DNA of 43,968 bases, taken from positions 222,955 through 266,922 of the forward strand of contig CAYZNK010000002.1 of the NCBI GenBank assembly GCA_964479955.1, in the 5' to 3' direction. This document shows, one piece after another, positions 9,301 through 18,233 of this stretch. This DNA is from an uncultured Candidatus Saccharibacteria bacterium (GTDB taxonomy: Bacteria > Patescibacteriota > Minisyncoccia > Minisyncoccales > Staskawiczbacteraceae). The notes under the pieces were generated by a model, which saw only the letters and a list, made by a program, of their open reading frames with translations, was not told where the DNA came from and did no database searches. Made by a program: the position numbers and the translations under genes. Positions within the stretch are counted from its first letter, which is position 1, and each line of letters begins with the position of its first letter.

Positions 9301-10194
9301 TTATAATTTTATTGCCGCCCTCAGCTTTGCAGACCTTGCCCTTGGATTTTTTCTGATTTCATTCTGGCTTGCAATTACGGGCTTTTTGGTTAATATTTTT
9401 ATTATTTTTTCTTTTGACTCTTGGTTAAAAAAATTTTTAACAATCCTGTCCTCCAAAGAATGGAAAGATATTGCAACTATTTTTCCTCCCTGTGGCAAGA
9501 TAGAAATTATTTGAGGCAGAACTTTTCCCAAATTTTCAAGTTCATGGTTTACAGCTATCCTCAAGGCCTGAAATGTTCTTGTCGCACAATGAATTTTTCC
9601 GTTCTGTAATTTTTTAGGAATTGCCTCTTTTATTATTCCTGTTAATTGAAGTGTGCTTTTAATTCTTCCTTTTTTCCTTTCCTCTGTTATTTTCTCTGCA
9701 ATTTTTCTTGCAAATTTTTCTTCTCCGTATTCTTTAATTATTTTTTCTATATCCTCTGTTTTCCATTCGTTTAAAATTTTTTCAGCTGTCAAAAAGTTAA
9801 ACCTGTCGTCATATCTCATGTCCAAACCTTGGTCAAGCTGGAAAGAAAAACCTTTATGGGATTTATCTAAATGTACAGAAGACATTCCCAAATCAAGCAA
9901 AACCCCGTCTATTGGCCCAAATCCTATTCTCTCAACTATTTCTTTTAAATTCACATATGAACTATTTTCCAAAATTAGCCTGTCTTTATAATCTGCCATT
10001 AGCCATTTACCGCTTTCTATCTGCGCAGGGTCCCAATCAATTCCCAAAACTTTTCCCGAAGGCGCACTTTGGTCTAATATCAATTTTGTGTGCCCTCCCT
10101 CGCCCATTGTACAATCAATAAAATTTTTATTATCAGACGGGCTCAAATATTCTAAAACTTTTTCTTTTAGGACCGGGGTGTGGATGTTTTCCAT
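9301..10194 (-). CDS. rsmH: 16S rRNA m4C1402 methyltransferase
   Basis: H.PVL, DCT.GEGGHT, DLGMSS, LDMR, ATRTFQALRIAVNHEL, SFHSLEDRIVK, NPRARSAKLR. Start set to the ATG at 10194. Confidence 0.96.
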   Translation of the reverse strand: MENIHTPVLKEKVLEYLSPSDNKNFIDCTMGEGGHTKLILDQSAPSGKVLGIDWDPAQIESGKWLMADYKDRLILENSSYVNLKEIVERIGFGPIDGVLLDLGMSSVHLDKSHKGFSFQLDQGLDMRYDDRFNFLTAEKILNEWKTEDIEKIIKEYGEEKFARKIAEKITEERKKGRIKSTLQLTGIIKEAIPKKLQNGKIHCATRTFQALRIAVNHELENLGKVLPQIISILPQGGKIVAISFHSLEDRIVKNFFNQESKEKIIKILTKKPVIASQNEIRKNPRARSAKLRAAIKL

Positions 10195-10204
10195 GCTTCT
10201 TTTT

Positions 10205-10636
10205 TTAAATGCCAAGCGAACCGAGTTTTGAAACTATTTCTCCAACTCCTTTTTCAGCTTCTTTTGTGTATTTCTGCCACTCCTCAAAATCCCAAATTTC
10301 AACCCTGTTGGATAGTCCACAAATAATAACGTCTTTTTTCAGCCCGGCATATTCTTTTAAATAATCAGGCACTAAAATCCTTCCAAGTTTATCCAAATTA
10401 ATTTCCATTGCAGAGGCCAGCATTGTTCTCGTAAAACTCCTTGCTTCTGATTGGCTGATTGTTAAGTTGCTTATTTTTTCTGAAACAACTCTGAATTCTT
10501 TTTCTGTGTAAACAACAAGGCAGTTTTCAACTCCTTTCGTAACTATCACTTTTTCTCCAAGCTCTCCCCTAAATTTAACAGGAAGCGCCAAGCGTTTTTT
10601 GCTGTCAATTGTGTGTTGATATTGTCCTATTAACAT
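10205..10636 (-). CDS. mraZ: Division/cell wall cluster transcriptional repressor
   Basis: G.Y.HTIDSKKRL.LP.KFR, D..GRIL.P, EIWD...W. Confidence 0.96.
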   Translation of the reverse strand: MLIGQYQHTIDSKKRLALPVKFRGELGEKVIVTKGVENCLVVYTEKEFRVVSEKISNLTISQSEARSFTRTMLASAMEINLDKLGRILVPDYLKEYAGLKKDVIICGLSNRVEIWDFEEWQKYTKEAEKGVGEIVSKLGSLGI

Positions 10637-10642
10637 GTTTAG

Positions 10643-10793
10643 TTATGCACAGTTTTTTTAAGTTTTCCCACATTTATCCACATCTATCCACTACATCTTC
10701 TTTATAGCCCACTTTATGGGCTTAGGTCAACACTTTTAACAAAAATACCAATTTTAGTCTTAAATATACTTAATTCTTCACTACTTATCCACA
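10643..10793 (-). promoter_or_regulatory. mraZ upstream region with 10-bp-periodic GTGG(A/G) boxes and DnaA boxes
   Basis: (T/C)CCAC at 10667, 10677, 10687 and 10708; TTATCCACA at 10674-10682 and 10785-10793; TTATGCACA at 10643-10651. Confidence 0.65.
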
Positions 10794-10883
10794 GTTCAAA
10801 TTGTCTTCATTTACCCCATATCTTCTCATAAGCATTTACGGGAGTCGGACCTCTGGAGAACTTTTTACTAAATGTCGCACAAT

Positions 10884-10907
10884 AAAAAGCCCCGCATTAT
10901 GCAGGGC
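10884..10907 (-). terminator. Terminator of the orphan response regulator
   Basis: Minus strand GCCCTGCA-TAA-TGCGGGGC-TTTTT. Confidence 0.7.
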
Positions 10908-10916
10908 ATTAGGGAA

Positions 10917-11279
10917 TCAAAGCACGAGCAACAACTCATGGGCATGGCTTTTTATGGTGCTTTGATCGCATCCTGCCTGCAACAACATATCTCCATTATT
11001 GCAATTAGAGCAAAAAGCCACCACCTTGCCCGCAAAACCCATTTTCTTAACTTCTGCCACAAAATCAAGCGTGTCTATTTCGCGCCCGCGCAAGCAGTCG
11101 TCAATAAGAATGACATCAATATCATCCCTATTTTTGAGTATTCTCCTTGCTCCAAAAATATCATAAGCGCTCATTATCTCAAATTCAGTATCTTCCAAGT
11201 ACCCCCTAAGTGTCTTGTGCCAAAAATCCTGGTCATCCACCAGCAAAACATTTACTGTTTTGACAACTTCAACTGTCAT
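10917..11279 (-). CDS. Single-domain response regulator (receiver)
   Basis: VLLVDD, VILIDD (phospho-Asp), terminal IK; purine-rich SD AAAAGGGGAAAG before the ATG at 11279. Confidence 0.8.
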   Translation of the reverse strand: MTVEVVKTVNVLLVDDQDFWHKTLRGYLEDTEFEIMSAYDIFGARRILKNRDDIDVILIDDCLRGREIDTLDFVAEVKKMGFAGKVVAFCSNCNNGDMLLQAGCDQSTIKSHAHELLLVL

Positions 11280-11329
11280 TTCTTTCCCCTTTTTACCAAT
11301 TGTAAAGGTGCCAAACAAAAACCTAAAAT

Positions 11330-11358
11330 CAAAAATCCTCCGGCTGGGAGGATTTTTG
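11330..11358. terminator. Bidirectional terminator-like hairpin
   Basis: CAAAAATCCTCC-GGCTG-GGAGGATTTTTG. Confidence 0.7.
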
Positions 11359-11501
11359 ATGCAAAGTTTTTATTTTTTATTTTCAAAAGTTATCAAAAAT
11401 TTCCAGCCTATAGCCCAACAAAAGCAAATCCAACAATAAATTGGAATTCTTATTCAATATAATTGATTTTTGACAGATATTATTTTTCATATCTTTAACT
11501 T

Positions 11502-11529
11502 ATAGTATCACCCTAAAATTTTTTGTCAA
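11502..11529 (-). promoter_or_regulatory. Sigma70-type promoter
   Basis: TTGACA-16 nt-TACTAT with extended TG on the minus strand. Confidence 0.55.
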
Positions 11530-11539
11530 CAGTACAAAG

Positions 11540-14128
11540 TTAATTTTGCTGGTCTTTTATAATTTCAAAAGACTCCGGATTAATTTTTATATTATCTCCT
11601 TTTTTAATTTTTTCAGCTATCAATGCCTCCGAAATGGCGTTCTCTATCCTGTCTTGAATTATTCTTCTCATTTCCCTGGCGCCATAAGCAGGCTTGTATG
11701 ACAATTCAACTATCTTTGACTTTAGAATTTCCGTTATCTCAAAACCAATTTCTTTTTCTTTCAAATTTTTTCTGATTTCACCTAACATCAGCCCTGCGAT
11801 ATCAAGCAAATTTTCTTTTGTCAGCGGATGAAAAATAACAACAGAATCAAACCTGTTAATGAATTCCGGCCTGAATGTCCCTTTTTCAAACAAATTATCC
11901 AAAAGCTCATCTTTCTTTACGTTTAATCCTTTTTCAGCTTCCTTAAAAATAATATCTGCTCCGGCATTTGAGGTAAATATCATTATTGTGTTGGCAAAAA
12001 CAACTTTTCTTCCCTGCCCGTCAGTAACATGGCCTTCGTCCAAAATTTGCAGAAATAAATTTAAGATATTGGGATGCGCTTTTTCAATTTCATCAAGCAA
12101 TACCAATGAAAACGGAGTTTCCCTGACAGGCGTTGTCAAAAGTCCCTGCATTTCAACGGGGCTGACAGAACCTATCAAACGAGGTATGTCCGCAATTGAC
12201 TGGAATTCAGACATATCAATTCTTATCATTCTATCCTGATTTTGGTTTGATGACTTTGGATTGAAATAAATCTGCGACAATGCTTTTGCCGTTTGGGTCT
12301 TACCCACTCCTGTAGGACCTAAAAATAAAAATGTCCCCATCGGTCTTTTTTTAGAAGATATCCCAGACCTTGCCCGCCTCATTGCAGTTGAAATTTCTTT
12401 TACCGCTTCGTTTTGGTTTATAAGAGTTTTGTGTATTAAATTTTCCAAATTAAGTAAAGTTTCTTTTTCCTTAACTTCCATTTTTCCAACCGGAATCTCT
12501 GTCTTATATGAAATAACTTCTGCAACATGATGAGGCATAACAACCGCCCAGTTTTTACTTACAACAGCTTCTTTATGAGATTGGGCGTATATAACAACCT
12601 CGTCTAACACATCAAGGGCTTTTTTGGGAAAGGGCAAGCTCGGCATATACCTTGCCGTAAGGTTTACAATTTCTCTTATTGTAGGATAAAGTATTAAAAT
12701 TTTATGTTTATGCTCTAGTTCCAGGGCAACTGTCTGCAAAATCCTAATTGTTTCAGACTCTGTAATTTCAGACACTTCAACTTTTTTGAACATTTCTGAA
12801 AAGCCCTGATTCTGTTCTATGTTTTTATGCAATCCGTCATAAGTTGTAATTCCTATGAATTGAAAATTAGGAATAGACAGATATTTTGACAAAATTCCCG
12901 TGATATCAACGCTTCCAGCTCTTTTTTCGGGCTGATAAACAAAGTTTTCTAAATTTTCTATAACTAAAATCACATTTCCTGCCTGCAATGCTTCAGAAAA
13001 TATCTGATTTAACTCGCTTTCCAGTTTTTCAAAATCCTGTATTTGAGCAGAAAGTTTTACCATATCCAACTCAACAACCCTTTTATTATTCAATTCCGGC
13101 AAAGATTTTCCCAGGTAACATTTTTGAGCCAAAGCTTCAACTATGCTTTTTCTGCCAACCCCGGGATTTCCAACAATTAAGACATTGGATAACCCAGACC
13201 TTGCCAAAATCATCTCTGCAGTTTCTATTTCTTTTTTATGGCCTATAACTTCCCTGAATGTCCATTTTGAAACAATATCTCTTAAGTCTGTTGAATATTG
13301 GTTTAAAGTCAAGGTATATCCGGCTGCCCAATCTTTTCCTAGAGACCCTAGTCTCAACAAATTTTCCCGAGACCAAAATTGTTTTCTTTTTTCAAAAGAC
13401 TCTTTTGCAGAATCTGACCACTGGGTGATATTTTCAATATCTTCAAATTTCAAATCATAATCAATCATGAGTTTTTTTAAAAAGCTGTCATTTTTTGCAA
13501 CTGCTACCAATATTTCATTTTCCCCAATCACGCTGCGCTTCCTATTGACGGAAACATTGGCCGCCTCAACAAATATTTTTTTAAAATCTGCAGAAAAGCC
13601 TGAGAAAACTGGCTGTTTGGGCATTTTTTCTAAATAATTCCTCAGGTCTTCTTTTGTTTTTTTGATATCTATGCCCAATTTTAAAAAGATGTAAGGGGAT
13701 TCTGTTCCCTTTTCCAATAAAGAATAAAGAAGAACGGATGAGTCCGGAATATTTTTTTTGTTTTTGCAAAATTTTATCATATTCCTAACAATGCAAAGAG
13801 AACCTAAGCTTAAAAATTCAGCTAAATTATGATTATTATCCTCCAAGTCAGCTTCTGATAGGCTGATTCTTAATTTTGGCTTTTTTATCTTTAATTCTAC
13901 AAATAATTTTATGTGCCAAAAAACAATTCCCATAAGCAAAGAGACAATAGCCGTCTTTATAATAAAAATTTTTTCTGTCCCGTTAAGATACAAAATAAAA
14001 ACGAAAAAACAAGATAATATAAAAACAAAAAAGAATAATTTGTTTAGAAAATCAGCGTATTTAAATAAAAAAAATCTTGACCTTCTTTCAGCTGCGTAAA
14101 TCGGCGTATTTTTGATATTAAATTCCAT
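11540..14128 (-). CDS. Clp/Hsp100-like double AAA+ ATPase with N-terminal transmembrane helices
   Basis: Two N-terminal hydrophobic helices; NBD1 GNPGVGRKS (degenerate); NBD2 GPTGVGKT, LLDEIEKAH, FRPEFINRFD, YGAREMRR. Confidence 0.88.
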   Translation of the reverse strand: MEFNIKNTPIYAAERRSRFFLFKYADFLNKLFFFVFILSCFFVFILYLNGTEKIFIIKTAIVSLLMGIVFWHIKLFVELKIKKPKLRISLSEADLEDNNHNLAEFLSLGSLCIVRNMIKFCKNKKNIPDSSVLLYSLLEKGTESPYIFLKLGIDIKKTKEDLRNYLEKMPKQPVFSGFSADFKKIFVEAANVSVNRKRSVIGENEILVAVAKNDSFLKKLMIDYDLKFEDIENITQWSDSAKESFEKRKQFWSRENLLRLGSLGKDWAAGYTLTLNQYSTDLRDIVSKWTFREVIGHKKEIETAEMILARSGLSNVLIVGNPGVGRKSIVEALAQKCYLGKSLPELNNKRVVELDMVKLSAQIQDFEKLESELNQIFSEALQAGNVILVIENLENFVYQPEKRAGSVDITGILSKYLSIPNFQFIGITTYDGLHKNIEQNQGFSEMFKKVEVSEITESETIRILQTVALELEHKHKILILYPTIREIVNLTARYMPSLPFPKKALDVLDEVVIYAQSHKEAVVSKNWAVVMPHHVAEVISYKTEIPVGKMEVKEKETLLNLENLIHKTLINQNEAVKEISTAMRRARSGISSKKRPMGTFLFLGPTGVGKTQTAKALSQIYFNPKSSNQNQDRMIRIDMSEFQSIADIPRLIGSVSPVEMQGLLTTPVRETPFSLVLLDEIEKAHPNILNLFLQILDEGHVTDGQGRKVVFANTIMIFTSNAGADIIFKEAEKGLNVKKDELLDNLFEKGTFRPEFINRFDSVVIFHPLTKENLLDIAGLMLGEIRKNLKEKEIGFEITEILKSKIVELSYKPAYGAREMRRIIQDRIENAISEALIAEKIKKGDNIKINPESFEIIKDQQN

Positions 14129-14131
14129 ATA

Positions 14132-14518
14132 TTAAAACAAAATAAAAATAAATCCTGCGATTATTATAAGAGGTATGGCTATCCAAATTAAAAGAACCGC
14201 TGTTGCCACCATAATAACAAAAATTTGAAATAAAATTCCTCCTATTATCAAAAACAACCTCATTAATGCCCCTAAAAACCTTGAAAAAATATTTGATATT
14301 AAGGTATTAAAAAATTCTGTGACATTAAATCCTTTGGGGTAATTCCATCTATATTTTCTCCATGGAGAAAACAGCGTCTTTAGGAGCAAAAAAACTGAAA
14401 AAAGATTTGATGCAAAAACAAGATAGTTAATACACACGCCAATTAAAAATTTTGGCATTTCATAAAACTGCCATAATACCCAGGATATAAAAATATTTTC
14501 TTTTGACGAATTTTCCAT
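14132..14518 (-). CDS. Small membrane protein, likely partner of the Clp-like ATPase
   Basis: 128 aa, hydrophobic, TLFSPWR motif; stop lies 3 nt from the ATPase start. Confidence 0.75.
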   Translation of the reverse strand: MENSSKENIFISWVLWQFYEMPKFLIGVCINYLVFASNLFSVFLLLKTLFSPWRKYRWNYPKGFNVTEFFNTLISNIFSRFLGALMRLFLIIGGILFQIFVIMVATAVLLIWIAIPLIIIAGFIFILF

Positions 14519-14565
14519 TATTATTCTATTTTAACATTTATGATAAAAATTAAAATATCGAAAAG

Positions 14566-14940
14566 CTACAAGCTGCGGTAATTTTCCAATTCCCTTCTTA
14601 TGTCTTCTGGCACGGGTATCTGTTCTCCGGGTATTGTAACTCCGGGATACCTCCATGCTGAAATTATTTTTCTGGTTGGTCCTGAATTTGTTCTGGCATC
14701 CTTAAACATTACCCAGATTTCTCCGGGAGATTTTTTGGAGCTCATTTGCGGACTTTTCCAAGCCTGTTTTAAGGTTATTTGCTTCTGATTAAAATAAATC
14801 TTATTTGTTTTCATTGCGGCAACCAAACCCGGCACAATTGCCCTTTCTTTCCTTTCTGGATTGCGTAAAATTCCCATAATTTTCTGCTTTGAAAGACCAT
14901 ATTGCTTCATCTTTATTTTTGAATGGTCTGTCCAATGCAT
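14566..14940 (-). CDS. Hypothetical protein, possibly DUF4258/RelE-like fold
   Basis: WT.HS..KM..YGLS....I.R.PER and IISAWRYP pattern; start uncertain (14940 or 14961). Confidence 0.6.
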   Translation of the reverse strand: MHWTDHSKIKMKQYGLSKQKIMGILRNPERKERAIVPGLVAAMKTNKIYFNQKQITLKQAWKSPQMSSKKSPGEIWVMFKDARTNSGPTRKIISAWRYPGVTIPGEQIPVPEDIRRELENYRSL

Positions 14941-15089
14941 TTTTTTAAAAATTTGAGGCATATTGCTACTAAACTTGCTACTGAGCAAATTCAGCAGCAA
15001 ATAATAATCGATTTTTTTCTTCCCTAAAAAGGTGGATATGCATGGCTAAAACTTGCGGCCTTTGCAATGTTGTCCCGTTAGATATTTTG

Positions 15090-15161
15090 TGGGCTCGAGA
15101 GGTATCGAACCTCTGACCTTTCCGATGTGAACGGAACGCTCTGCCACTGAGCTACGAGCCC
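15090..15161 (-). tRNA. tRNA-Val (CAC)
   Basis: GGGCTCG acceptor, TAGCTCAGTGGCAGAGC, TTCCG-TT CAC AT-CGGAA, GGTTCGATACC. Confidence 0.95.
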
Positions 15162-15330
15162 AAAATCTAACGGAGTAAAAATGCAATGCCAACTTATCTG
15201 GCCCTGCCTACCCACAACAGACAGGCGGCAGGCAGCCAACTAAGTTCATAGTCCGCATAGTCCTTATGTCCTCTTTCTTTATATCTACTGTGTATTTTCA
15301 TTTTTCAATTGTATCCCTTTTTACAACAAA

Positions 15331-15396
15331 AAAACAGTCCTTCACCATGTTCAGGACTATGGTCCTAAACGAACGAAGTGAGTGAAGAACTGTTTT
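15331..15396 (-). terminator. rplL terminator-like stem with a large nested loop
   Basis: AAAACAG..CTTCAC (15331-15345) pairs with GTGAAG..CTGTTTT (15382-15396); T-tract on the minus strand. Confidence 0.5.
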
Positions 15397-15406
15397 AATG
15401 ACGCGA

Positions 15407-15811
15407 TTATTTTATTTCAGCTTTAGCTCCTGCTGCTGTAAATTTCTTTACAATTTCATCTGCTTCTTCCTTTTTAACGCCTTCTTTCACTACTTGGGCT
15501 GTGCCTGCGGCTGCAGCATCAACTAAATCTTTTGATTCTTTCAGTCCTTTTGCGGTGACATCCCTAACAACTTTTATAACTTCGATTTTTTGGGCTCCCA
15601 CTTCTTTCAATTCAACATTAAAAGAAGTCTTTTCTTCAGCGGGAGCTGCTCCTGCAACACCGGATACTGCAACTGGAGCTGCTGCTGAAACGCCGAATTT
15701 ATTTTCCAAAACTTTTACCAATTCAGCCAGTTCAATAACCGGCATCTTCTCTATTTCTGATACAAGTTTCTGAAACTTTTCCGGAATTTCTATATTATTT
15801 TCTTCTGCCAT
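15407..15811 (-). CDS. rplL: 50S ribosomal protein L7/L12
   Basis: [26 protein letters not shown]....[10 protein letters not shown]. Confidence 0.97.
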   Translation of the reverse strand: MAEENNIEIPEKFQKLVSEIEKMPVIELAELVKVLENKFGVSAAAPVAVSGVAGAAPAEEKTSFNVELKEVGAQKIEVIKVVRDVTAKGLKESKDLVDAAAAGTAQVVKEGVKKEEADEIVKKFTAAGAKAEIK

Positions 15812-15818
15812 GTTTATT

Positions 15819-15908
15819 AATTTCTAATTTCTAATATCTAATTTCTATTAAATGTCCAATTATTAAATTAGCTAATTTAATGAAAATTGATAATTGAAAA
15901 TTGAAAAT
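15819..15908. repeat. Heptamer tandem-repeat element
   Basis: AATTTCT AATTTCT AATATCT AATTTCT ATTA AATGTCC AATTATT followed by TGAAAAT TGATAAT TGAAAAT TGAAAAT. Confidence 0.75.
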
Positions 15909-16430
15909 TTAGTTGCTTATTTTACTTATTTTATCCAATACTCTTGCAAGGCTTGCCATTGGGCTGGAAATTGAGCCGACCAATCTTCCTAACAACTCAT
16001 CTCTTGGAGGTATAGTTGCCAATGCAAGGACTTTTTCTCTGTCTATGAATTCCCAAGCAGATTTTGATTTTCCTTGGCTTGGGAAAATTCCTCCTAAAAT
16101 TTTAAACGTTTCATGGTCTTTTGCGAATTTATTTGAAACTCTTGCCGGAGCTATCTCATCATCTATTCCCAACACTAAAGCCAGTTGACCAGGAACTGAA
16201 GGTTTTATTTTATTCCAAAAAGAAATGTTTAACTGGCCAAGGGCAATCCTAATTAGTGTCTTTTTGGCTATCTTAAAATTGCAGCCAGATTCTTTCAAAC
16301 CCTTTCTTAAATTAAAAATATCTTTGGAAGGAACTTTGCTAAAGTCAACAAAAACTATTGATTTTTGGTTTGAAATTTTTTCTTTAAGGTTTTCTATTTG
16401 CTTAATTTTTTGTTCTTTTGTTAAAGCCAT
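15909..16430 (-). CDS. rplJ: 50S ribosomal protein L10
   Basis: MALTKEQK, LRK.L, KKTL, LA.IPPRDELLGRLVGS..SP; directly upstream of rplL. Confidence 0.96.
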   Translation of the reverse strand: MALTKEQKIKQIENLKEKISNQKSIVFVDFSKVPSKDIFNLRKGLKESGCNFKIAKKTLIRIALGQLNISFWNKIKPSVPGQLALVLGIDDEIAPARVSNKFAKDHETFKILGGIFPSQGKSKSAWEFIDREKVLALATIPPRDELLGRLVGSISSPMASLARVLDKISKISN

Positions 16431-16479
16431 AATGGTTTAATTTAAAATGTTAAAACCCAAGTTTAAAAATAGTTATAAA

Positions 16480-16590
16480 TAATAAAAAAACTGCGTTTCA
16501 CCGCAGAAAAATAAACATAAAAATGCTTATCCTGAGCAGGATTTATTCCACCTGATCGGCGGATACCTACTGTCTGCGGACTTCATTAAT
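16480..16590 (-). ncRNA. Ribosomal protein L10 leader (cis-regulatory RNA)
   Basis: Minus strand CCGCAGACAGTAGG...TAAATCCTGCTCAGG resembles the AGAC-GUAGG...UAA-CCUAC-GAGG core of L10 leaders; lies between the promoter and rplJ. Boundaries approximate. Confidence 0.7.
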
Positions 16591-16598
16591 TATATTTT

Positions 16599-16627
16599 AT
16601 ACTATTCCATAAATCAATATTTGTCAA
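16599..16627 (-). promoter_or_regulatory. rplJL promoter
   Basis: TTGACA-17 nt-TAGTAT. Confidence 0.7.
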
Positions 16628-16633
16628 TAGCCT

Positions 16634-17701
16634 TCAATCAAGGTATTTTGCTTTAGCTATGTTGTGCTCATCTAATGTCTTACTGAATATTGTTTTTCCA
16701 TTTGACAAATAATACCAATAAGAACTTTTTGTGGGATATAAAGCGGCTATTAATGAATCCAGCCCAGGGTTAGAAATTGGGCCTTTTGGTAATCCCTGAT
16801 ATTTATATGTATTATAAGGAGAGTCAATTTTAGTATCTTTAATTGAAACACCAGGGTCGTTTTTTCCGGTGATATAGTTGACCGTTGAATCTAACTGTAA
16901 AGGCATTCCAGTCTCCAATCTTTTCCATAAGATTCCTGCAACTACTTTTTTATCTTCCAATGTTTTTACTTCTTTCTCTAACAAAGAAGCTATTGTCACT
17001 ATATCAAAAATAGTTTTTCCCTGGGAATCTATTTCTTCCTGCATTTCAATGGTTAATTTTTTTCCAAAGTTTGCTAACATTGCCTCAACTATATCGTGGC
17101 ATGTCTGCTGTTGGGAAATTTCATAAGTGTCCGGAAAAAGATACCCCTCCAAATTTAAACCATCGGGTTTATCCGATAAAAAATAATATTCTCCCGAAAA
17201 ATCTTTTTCTATTTCCATCAAAAACTCTTCTTTTGAACAGACAGAACGTGATTCCAAATACTCTCCGATGTTATCTGATGTCCATCCCTCATAAATAACA
17301 AATCTGTCTTTTATTATATCTCCTTTTGCCATTTTTTTGGCAATTTGGTAAATAGACATATTTGAAGAAACGGTATATTTTCCAGCCTTCAGCTCAGTGT
17401 GATTAAAAGAAGCAACGGTATAAATTTTAAAAAAATAACTGCTTCTTATAATCCCCAAATCTTTTAAATCTTTTGCTATTTCGCTATTTCCGGAACCTTT
17501 CTGGACCAGATAAATAACACTTTCATGAGACATTATATTAAGGGGAACATAAATCTCTATTGCGGAGTAAACTAAAAACAATAAGCATAAAACCAAAACT
17601 ATTTTAGTGCCTTTGATTAACGTTTTAAGATTTATTTTTGAAAAATCAGCGTTTTTGATTTTAAACATTAAATTTTTAGCAATTTCTTTTTGAAAAATCA
17701 T
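16634..17701 (-). CDS. mltG: Endolytic transglycosylase MltG
   Basis: N-terminal TM, LEGYLFPDTY, IAS.LEKEV, LQ.DSTVNY, SPYNTY...GLP.GPISNPG. Start set at ATG 17701 because the longer ORF begins inside tRNA-Trp. Confidence 0.93.
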   Translation of the reverse strand: MIFQKEIAKNLMFKIKNADFSKINLKTLIKGTKIVLVLCLLFLVYSAIEIYVPLNIMSHESVIYLVQKGSGNSEIAKDLKDLGIIRSSYFFKIYTVASFNHTELKAGKYTVSSNMSIYQIAKKMAKGDIIKDRFVIYEGWTSDNIGEYLESRSVCSKEEFLMEIEKDFSGEYYFLSDKPDGLNLEGYLFPDTYEISQQQTCHDIVEAMLANFGKKLTIEMQEEIDSQGKTIFDIVTIASLLEKEVKTLEDKKVVAGILWKRLETGMPLQLDSTVNYITGKNDPGVSIKDTKIDSPYNTYKYQGLPKGPISNPGLDSLIAALYPTKSSYWYYLSNGKTIFSKTLDEHNIAKAKYLD

Positions 17702-17740
17702 GCTTTTCTTATTATTTTTATAACACAAATGAGAAGTTTG

Positions 17741-17811
17741 CGGGGGTGCAAGGAGTCGAACCCTGATCAAAGGTTTTGGAGACCTCTATTCTACCATTGA
17801 ACTACACCCCC
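17741..17811 (-). tRNA. tRNA-Trp (CCA)
   Basis: GGGGGTG/CACCCCC acceptor, GAGGT-CT CCA AA-ACCTT, GGTTCGACTCC. Confidence 0.95.
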
Positions 17812-17854
17812 CTTATTTAATTTAAAATACCATAAAAAAAACATTTTTTCAATG

Positions 17855-17877
17855 AAAAAAGGGCTTTTTTAAAGCCC
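17855..17877 (-). terminator. Terminator of the pilMNOP unit
   Basis: Minus strand GGGCTTT-AAA-AAAGCCC-TTTTTT. Confidence 0.65.
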
Positions 17878-17909
17878 GAAAAACATCATATCCACAATAA
17901 GGCAACGTG

Positions 17910-18233
17910 TTATTTGATTTCCTTAATCTCGTTTCCAATTAGGTTTTCCCCTTCAATTTGAACAGGATTTTCAATCTTCTTTATATTCTTATCCAGCAAG
18001 TCCAGCGCTTCATAATAACCGTTTGCATTAAACTTCAAAACTTTACCCGAAACTCTCCCCTCTTTAAGCTCGGCCAAAAACACATATTTGTAGAAAATAA
18101 ATCCGCTGAAAACCAAATCAATCAAAATAAATAATAATATAAAAGAAAACGCTCGATGCCCCAAAACCCAGACTATCCCTGAAAAAATCTCCTTTAATTT
18201 AGGTAAATTAATTGTCAATTTTAAAAATTTCAT
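17910..18233 (-). CDS. Small bitopic protein at the PilP position
   Basis: One TM; overlaps the pilO stop (18230-18233); call is positional only. Confidence 0.55.
   Translation of the reverse strand: MKFLKLTINLPKLKEIFSGIVWVLGHRAFSFILLFILIDLVFSGFIFYKYVFLAELKEGRVSGKVLKFNANGYYEALDLLDKNIKKIENPVQIEGENLIGNEIKEIK

Noticed and set aside
10643-10870. DnaA-box cluster as replication origin
   Set aside because: Only 2 perfect boxes, no dnaA/dnaN nearby, and gene orientation does not switch across the site.
10872-11462. 196-aa plus-strand ORF
   Set aside because: Antisense to the response regulator and runs through two terminator hairpins; no recognisable motif.
17702-17770. Extended N-terminus of mltG from the ORF track
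   Set aside because: It starts inside tRNA-Trp; ATG 17701 is the plausible start.
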